From: Ruegeria halocynthiae
GTDB taxonomy: Bacteria > Pseudomonadota > Alphaproteobacteria > Rhodobacterales > Rhodobacteraceae
Direction of reading: 5' to 3'
NCBI RefSeq assembly: GCF_000743705.1
Contig: NZ_JQEZ01000002.1
Location: 490,862-554,861, forward strand
Length of the DNA: 64,000 bases
Shown: positions 58,335 through 64,000 of the stretch, in pieces
How the letters are laid out: each line of letters begins with the position of its first letter
Position numbering within the stretch: position 1 is the stretch's first letter
Translations under genes and position numbers: made by a program
The notes under the pieces: generated by a model
The model's input: only the letters and a program-made list of their open reading frames with translations
The model's database searches: none
Told to the model about the DNA's origin: nothing

Positions 58335-59161
58335 TGGCGTTTTTCACGACATCCGATTCCAAACGCATTTACTATCAGGATACCGGGTCCGGTATCGCGG
58401 TGCTTTGTCTGGCCGGGCTGACACGCAACAGCCAGGATTTCTCGTTTCTGGCGCCACATGTTGCCGATCTGCGCATGATTGCGATGGATTACCGCGGCCG
58501 TGGACAATCCGATTACGACCCCGATTTCACGAATTACAACATCATTCGCGAATCCCAGGATGCGATTGAATTGCTGGACCATTTGGGATTAGAGCGCGCG
58601 GTGGTTCTTGGCACCTCGCGCGGCGGTCTGATCGCGATGGCGCTGGCCACCAGCCACCCCGAACGGTTGTCCGGCGCGATCCTGAATGATGTGGGGCCGG
58701 TGATCGACCCTGCGGGCATAGCCAAGATCATGGACTATGTCGGCAACCAACCGGTATCCAGAACCTATGAAGACGCCGCAAAAGCCCTGCAACACGTGAT
58801 GGGGCCTCAATTCCCCGGCGTTTCGCTCGACAGATGGCGGCTGCAGGCGGAAATCCAGTATGATCAAACGGATTATGGTCTGACCTTACGCTATGACCCG
58901 GCCTTGCGCACTGCGCTTTTGGAACAGGCCGCCGCCGGACCTGTTCCAGACATGTGGCCCTTTTTTGAGGCGTTGCGGGATATCCCCACAGGCGTCATTC
59001 GCGGCCAGAATTCGGATATTCTAAGCAATGAAACGCTGACCGAAATGCACGACCGCCACCCCGATCTTATGTCTGCCCAGGTGCCCGACCGTGGGCACGT
59101 CCCGTTTCTGGACGAGCCGCAATCGCTGACCCTTATTCGCAAGGTATTGGACACCGTATGA
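58334..59161 (+). CDS. Alpha/beta-fold hydrolase
   Basis: Nucleophile elbow GTSRGG. Start overlaps the previous stop (TGATG). Confidence 0.7.
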   Translation: MAFFTTSDSKRIYYQDTGSGIAVLCLAGLTRNSQDFSFLAPHVADLRMIAMDYRGRGQSDYDPDFTNYNIIRESQDAIELLDHLGLERAVVLGTSRGGLIAMALATSHPERLSGAILNDVGPVIDPAGIAKIMDYVGNQPVSRTYEDAAKALQHVMGPQFPGVSLDRWRLQAEIQYDQTDYGLTLRYDPALRTALLEQAAAGPVPDMWPFFEALRDIPTGVIRGQNSDILSNETLTEMHDRHPDLMSAQVPDRGHVPFLDEPQSLTLIRKVLDTV

Positions 59162-60132
59162 GCACATTGGAATTGATCGAAGCCGCCGCAACCCGGTTGC
59201 AGGGCCATGTCCGGGAAACGCCGATTCTGACCTCGCCTTTTCTGGACGAATTGGCGGGGCGCCGGGTGCTGGTGAAACCGGAATGCCTGCAACACACGGG
59301 CAGCTTCAAGTTTCGCGGCGCGTGGTCGGCGATTTCGGCGCTTGAAGGCGCGCAACGGCAACGCGGCGTGATCGCCTATTCCTCGGGCAACCATGCGCAA
59401 GGGGTTGCGCACGCCGCGACGCTGCATGGGATATCATCGGTCATTGTCATGCCCTCGGACGCGCCACTGCTGAAGATCGCCAACACGCGCGCACTGGGGG
59501 CTGAGGTCGTCTTGTACGACCGCGCAAACGAAAGCCGTGAAGAGATCGGAGAGACCCTTGCCGCTGAACGGGGACTGACCCTGATCCGCCCTTATGACGA
59601 ACCACAGGTGATCGCTGGTCAAGGCACCACAGGGCTGGAGATCGCGCGGCAAACGGCGGCCATGGGTATTGATCAGGCCGATGTTCTGATTTGCTGCGGT
59701 GGCGGCGGTCTGACATCGGGGATTGCCCTTGCGCTTGAAGGTCACGCCCCCGGTCTGCGCCCCCGCCCCTGCGAGCCTGAGGGGTTCGATGACGTCAAAC
59801 GATCCTTGGCGACGGGCCAGATTCAGAACAACAACGCCGCTGCGGGCAATATCTGCGATGCCATTCTGACGCCGCAACCGGGACGGATCACCTTTCCGAT
59901 CCTCAAACGGCTATGTGGCCCGGGGCTGTCTGTCACCGAAGAGGAAGCAATGCGCGCCATGGCGCAGGCGTTTCTGCGCCTGAAAATTACGTTGGAGCCG
60001 GGCGGGGCGGTATCGCTTGCCTCAGCCCTGTTTCGCAGGGATGAAATCGAAGGCGACGCGGTGATCGTTGTGGCGTCCGGGGGCAACACAGACCCCGAAG
60101 TATTTGGCAAAGCACTGGAATTCCTGACCTGA
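59158..60132 (+). CDS. PLP-dependent threonine/serine dehydratase family protein (fold type II)
   Basis: PLP lysine motif HTGSFKFRGA and glycine loop GGGGL. Start overlaps the previous stop. Confidence 0.75.
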   Translation: MSTLELIEAAATRLQGHVRETPILTSPFLDELAGRRVLVKPECLQHTGSFKFRGAWSAISALEGAQRQRGVIAYSSGNHAQGVAHAATLHGISSVIVMPSDAPLLKIANTRALGAEVVLYDRANESREEIGETLAAERGLTLIRPYDEPQVIAGQGTTGLEIARQTAAMGIDQADVLICCGGGGLTSGIALALEGHAPGLRPRPCEPEGFDDVKRSLATGQIQNNNAAAGNICDAILTPQPGRITFPILKRLCGPGLSVTEEEAMRAMAQAFLRLKITLEPGGAVSLASALFRRDEIEGDAVIVVASGGNTDPEVFGKALEFLT

Positions 60133-60191
60133 CAACCTATAGATGTTCGGGCAACCTGACATTTCAGCGTGCGGCAACAAAGGACTCAGTC

Positions 60192-60980
60192 ATGCAGATC
60201 GCAGATCTCGGTGACGTTCAGTTACATTATCGGATCGACGGCGACCCGGATGGTGCGCCGATCGTCTTTGCCAATTCGCTGGGAACCGATCTGCGCCTGT
60301 GGGATGCGATGCTGCCCTTTCTTCCGGCGGGCCTGCGGATCATCCGCTATGACAAACGCGGGCATGGCCTGTCGTCGCAACCCCCTGCGCCCTATTCAAT
60401 GGGTTCGCTGGTCCGTGATGCCGAGAACCTGCTGGATCACCTAGACGTTCGGGATTGCGTCTTTGTCGGCCTGTCCATCGGCGGCCTGATCGCGCAAGGG
60501 TTGGCCGTAAAGCGCCTGGATCAGGTGCGCGCGTTGGTTCTGTCGAACACTGCGGCGAAAATTGGCACCCCTGCGATCTGGCAGGATCGGATCGATGCGA
60601 TTCACAAGGATGGGATCGAAGCACTGGCCGATACAGTGATGGAGCGTTGGTTTTCCAGAAACTTCCGCAAAACTCCGGATCATTTGCTTTGGCGCAACAT
60701 GATGGTGAGACAGCCCGCAGATGGATATCTGGGCTGCTGCGCCGCGATCTCAGGCACGGATTTCTATACGCCAACCAGCGGTCTGCGTCTGCCGACGCTG
60801 GGCATTGCCGGCAGCGAAGACGGCTCGACCCCGCCCGATCTGGTGCGTGAGACTGTTGAGTTGATTCCCGGCGCGCGTTTCGAACTGATGCGCAGGGCCG
60901 GTCACCTGCCCTGCGTCGAACAACCGGCGGAATACGCGGCGCTGCTGCGCAGTTTTCTGACCGATATTGCACATATTTGA
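60192..60980 (+). CDS. 3-oxoadipate enol-lactonase-like alpha/beta hydrolase
   Basis: GLSIGG nucleophile elbow. PcaD-like length and pattern. Confidence 0.7.
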   Translation: MQIADLGDVQLHYRIDGDPDGAPIVFANSLGTDLRLWDAMLPFLPAGLRIIRYDKRGHGLSSQPPAPYSMGSLVRDAENLLDHLDVRDCVFVGLSIGGLIAQGLAVKRLDQVRALVLSNTAAKIGTPAIWQDRIDAIHKDGIEALADTVMERWFSRNFRKTPDHLLWRNMMVRQPADGYLGCCAAISGTDFYTPTSGLRLPTLGIAGSEDGSTPPDLVRETVELIPGARFELMRRAGHLPCVEQPAEYAALLRSFLTDIAHI

Positions 60981-60992
60981 AGGAGCGCGATC

Positions 60993-61718
60993 TTGGCTGA
61001 TTTCCTGTTGATCCATGGATCGTGTCATGGTGCCTGGTGTTGGCGCGATCTGATCCCCCAGCTTGAACGCCTGGGCCATTCCGGGCGGGCGATTGACCTG
61101 CCCAGCCACGGCTCTGACCCGACACCGATTGCCGACGTCACGCTGGACAATTGCCGGGACGCAGTCTTGTCTGCGGTCTCGCCGCAGACCATTGTCGTTG
61201 GCCATTCATGGGGCGGATACCCCATTAGCGCCGCGGCAGAATCGAACCCGAATGCAATGCGCGCGCTAATCTACCTTTGCGCCTATGTTCCGCAGGACGG
61301 GCTGTCTATGGTTCAGATGCGCAGGTTGTCGCCCCGCCAAACAATTGGCGATGCGGTCGAAAAATCGGCCGACGCTCTGTCTTACTCGGTCAGGCCAGAC
61401 AAGGTGCAGGAATTGTTCTATCATGATTGCCCGGCCGAAACTGTGCCTTACGCTCTGGCCCGTCTGTGTCCGCAGGCCATCGCACCGCAAGAGACCCCCC
61501 TGCCTCTGACCAGCCGCTTCACGCAAGTTCCCAAAGCATACATACGCGCCACACACGACAGAACGATCCCGACCGAATATCAGGAACAGATGAGCCACAA
61601 CGCCCCCAAGGGAATGCGGCGCACGATCGACAGCTCGCACTCTCCGTTCTTTGCGCAGCCTCGAAAACTGGCTGAAATCCTGGATGATCTCGCGCGGGGG
61701 TTACCGACCCCTCAGTGA
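60993..61718 (+). CDS. Alpha/beta-hydrolase esterase (methylesterase/SABP2-like)
   Basis: LIHGSCHGAWCW and GHSWGG motifs. TTG start after an AAGGAG RBS. Confidence 0.65.
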   Translation: MADFLLIHGSCHGAWCWRDLIPQLERLGHSGRAIDLPSHGSDPTPIADVTLDNCRDAVLSAVSPQTIVVGHSWGGYPISAAAESNPNAMRALIYLCAYVPQDGLSMVQMRRLSPRQTIGDAVEKSADALSYSVRPDKVQELFYHDCPAETVPYALARLCPQAIAPQETPLPLTSRFTQVPKAYIRATHDRTIPTEYQEQMSHNAPKGMRRTIDSSHSPFFAQPRKLAEILDDLARGLPTPQ

Positions 61719-61863
61719 CACCTGCGGCATTCGCCAACTGAACCTGCCGCTGAATTCACGACCCCACCCCGCCGTTGCATAACAACGACATACCGATGAC
61801 GGTTTCCGTATTGCAGAGCGTGCCTTGCCGGGCCACCGTGATAAAAACTGGATGAGGGACATC

Positions 61864-62952
61864 ATGCAAACCATCAAAGCCGCCGTTTGCCGGGCATTCA
61901 ACGAACCTTTGATCATTGAGGATGTTCAGATCGCGCCGCCAGGCACGGGAGAGGTCGAAGTGACGCTGGATGCCGTGGCGATCTGCCACTCGGACATCTC
62001 ATATGCCAACGGCGCATGGGGCGGTTACCTGCCTGCCGTGTACGGCCACGAAGCGGCTGGTGTGATCACCGCAATCGGGGAACAGGCCGGGGCGTTTCAG
62101 GTGGGCGACACGGTCGTTGTCACTCTGATCCGTGCCTGTGGGTCTTGCCCGTCCTGCGCTGGCGGTCGACCAACCATTTGCGAGACCCCATATGACACCG
62201 TTAACGGCCCGCTGCGCGCCGCAGATGGTACGCCGATTGATCAGGCAATGGCCTGTGGTGCATTTGCGGAAAAGGTGGTGGTCAGCCATCGGCAGATTGT
62301 GAAAATCCCCAAAGATATGCCGAAAGACGTGGCCAGCCTGCTGTCGTGTGGCGTGATCACCGGGGTCGGCGCAGCTGTGAACGCCGCCGATCTGCGCCCC
62401 GGACAGGATGTTGTCGTGATCGGGGCGGGCGGCGTCGGGCTGAACGCCATTCAGGGCGCGCGCATCGCCGGTGCCCGGCGGATCGTGGCCGTGGACATGA
62501 CCGAAGAAAAACTGGACATCGCCATGGAATTCGGCGCGACCCACGGTGTTCTGGCCAGTTCAGACGCCCCTTGGCAGGCCGCCAACAAGGCGCTTGGGGG
62601 GCGCGGTGCTGATGCGGTTCTGATCACTGTCGGCGCGATCCCCGCTTATGATCAGGCACCACGATACCTGGGTCCGGGCGGCAAGGCGATCATGATCGGG
62701 ATGCCCCACTCGGGCGATATGGCCAGTTATGAACCGGTCATCCTGGCCGCGTTGGGCCAGGGTCTTATCGGCTCAAAAATGGGGGATGTCGTCATCCAGC
62801 GGGATATCCCGTGGATGATTGACCTGTATGAACAGGGGCGGTTGAAACTGGATGAGCTGATCTCGGGCCGGTGGTCCCTGTCGCAGATCAACGAGGCGAT
62901 CGAGGACACCAAGACCGGATCGGCCAAACGCAACGTGATCATCTTCGACTAA
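61864..62952 (+). CDS. Zinc-dependent alcohol dehydrogenase (MDR superfamily)
   Basis: Catalytic Zn site CHSD, structural Zn Cys cluster (CGSCPSCAGG), Rossmann GAGGVG. GAGGGA RBS. Confidence 0.8.
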   Translation: MQTIKAAVCRAFNEPLIIEDVQIAPPGTGEVEVTLDAVAICHSDISYANGAWGGYLPAVYGHEAAGVITAIGEQAGAFQVGDTVVVTLIRACGSCPSCAGGRPTICETPYDTVNGPLRAADGTPIDQAMACGAFAEKVVVSHRQIVKIPKDMPKDVASLLSCGVITGVGAAVNAADLRPGQDVVVIGAGGVGLNAIQGARIAGARRIVAVDMTEEKLDIAMEFGATHGVLASSDAPWQAANKALGGRGADAVLITVGAIPAYDQAPRYLGPGGKAIMIGMPHSGDMASYEPVILAALGQGLIGSKMGDVVIQRDIPWMIDLYEQGRLKLDELISGRWSLSQINEAIEDTKTGSAKRNVIIFD

Positions 62953-62982
62953 GGCCAAGGCCACCGCGCAGGAGGATACCGG

Positions 62983-64000
62983 ATGAAACTGCAGGATCTC
63001 GATATCATCGTCACGGCACCACCCGCCCCAGGCTGGGGTGGGCGGTACTGGATTTTGGTCAAAGTCACGACCGATACCGGGATCACCGGCTGGGGTGAAT
63101 GCTATGCCTCTTCCGTCGGCCCCGAGGCGATGCGCCATGTGATCCGGGATGTGTTCGAACGGCACATGCTGGGCGAAAACCCTGAAAACATCGAATTGAT
63201 GTTCCGCCGCGCGTACTCCAGCGGCTTTACCCAGCGCCCGGACCTGACTGTCATGGGCGCGTTTTCGGGGCTTGAGATCGCCTGTTGGGACATTCTTGGC
63301 AAGGATCGCGATCGTCCGGTTTATGCCCTGCTGGGCGGGTTGGTGAATGAACGTATCCGCGCCTATACCTACCTCTACCCCCTGCCCCAGCACAATCTGA
63401 CCGATTTCTGGACCTCGCCCGATCAGGCGGGGGAATGTGCCGCCGAAATGGTGCAGCGTGGGTTCACCGCGGTCAAATTCGACCCGGCGGGGCCCTATAC
63501 CATTCGCGGTGGGCATATGCCGGCCTTGTCCGATATTTCCTTGTCGGTGGCCTTTTGCAAAGCCATCCGCGATGCAGTCGGCGACAGCGCCGATCTGCTG
63601 TTTGGCACCCACGGCCAGTTCAACACCGCAGGCGCAATCCGTTTGGGTCAGGCGCTGGAGCCCTACTCTCCGCTGTGGTTCGAAGAACCCACGCCACCGG
63701 ACATGATCCAAGACATGGCCCGCGTTGCCCGCAACGTCCGCATCCCCGTGGCGACGGGCGAGCGCCTGACCACCAAGGCAGAGTTTGGCGCGGTGCTGCG
63801 CGCCGGGGCGGCCGAGATCCTGCAACCCGCCCTGGGTCGTGCCGGTGGCATCTGGGAGATGAAGAAAGTCGCGGCCATGGCCGAGGTGTTCAACGCACAG
63901 ATCGCGCCGCATCTGTATGCCGGACCAGTGGAATGGGCGGCCAATATCCATCTGGCCGCGACGATCCCGAACTTGCTGCTGTTGGAAACCATCGAAACAC
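62983..64000 (+). CDS. Enolase-superfamily dehydratase (mandelate racemase/muconate lactonising enzyme family, GalD-like); 3' end beyond the window
   Basis: KVTTDTGITGWGE N-terminal capping domain and FEEP / ATGER metal-ligand motifs. Confidence 0.75.
   Translation, partial: MKLQDLDIIVTAPPAPGWGGRYWILVKVTTDTGITGWGECYASSVGPEAMRHVIRDVFERHMLGENPENIELMFRRAYSSGFTQRPDLTVMGAFSGLEIACWDILGKDRDRPVYALLGGLVNERIRAYTYLYPLPQHNLTDFWTSPDQAGECAAEMVQRGFTAVKFDPAGPYTIRGGHMPALSDISLSVAFCKAIRDAVGDSADLLFGTHGQFNTAGAIRLGQALEPYSPLWFEEPTPPDMIQDMARVARNVRIPVATGERLTTKAEFGAVLRAGAAEILQPALGRAGGIWEMKKVAAMAEVFNAQIAPHLYAGPVEWAANIHLAATIPNLLLLETIET

Noticed and set aside
1-64000. CRISPR arrays, insertion sequences, integrases, prophage or toxin-antitoxin modules
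   Set aside because: No direct-repeat/spacer periodicity, no transposase or integrase-like ORFs, and no paired small ORFs with a TA-like arrangement were seen. The only compositional island (23.1-24.0 kb) carries a single ORF and no mobility gene.

Overview
High-GC (about 62%) alphaproteobacterial chromosome segment, most consistent with Rhodobacterales. The window is densely packed with housekeeping genes on both strands. Left to right: (i) 1-9.9 kb, a purine/urate-to-ureide catabolic cluster (UGlyAH, AllA, a PuuE-OHCU decarboxylase fusion, HIU hydrolase, cytochrome-c urate hydroxylase PuuD, a LysR regulator) with an embedded GAPDH paralogue. (ii) 10-15.9 kb, the TamA/TamB outer-membrane translocation-assembly module. 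(iii) 16-23 kb, a thioesterase and a cyclase, then the NAD-dependent formate dehydrogenase genes fdsBA with a co-directional LysR regulator. (iv) 23.1-24.0 kb, a single low-GC (about 45%) orphan gene for a secreted protein, likely horizontally acquired. (v) 24-36 kb, ychF, a PagL-like outer-membrane protein, trpA, an FMN alpha-hydroxy-acid dehydrogenase, rplY-pth, a serine hydrolase, DUF2237, a TM-less SPFH protein, two abutting atypical tRNA-like genes, then trpB, trpF, a LapA-like protein and ihfB; trpA is separated from trpFB by an apparent ~7.5 kb inversion. (vi) 36.7-50.9 kb, rpsA, three small envelope-protein genes inserted before cmk-aroA, then trmB, metK (with a candidate SAM/SAH riboswitch), lnt, corC, ybeY, phoH, a beta-barrel outer-membrane protein and miaB. 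(vii) 51-57 kb, a PhyH dioxygenase with a LysR regulator, then irr-fabA-fabB-fabI. (viii) 57.6-64 kb, a tightly packed hydrolase/dehydratase/ADH/enolase-superfamily catabolic operon. No CRISPR arrays, transposases, integrases or phage genes were seen. The most unusual items are the low-GC orphan gene, the anomalous tandem tRNA-like pair with a neighbouring 400-bp GC-rich non-coding region, and the non-canonical purine cluster.
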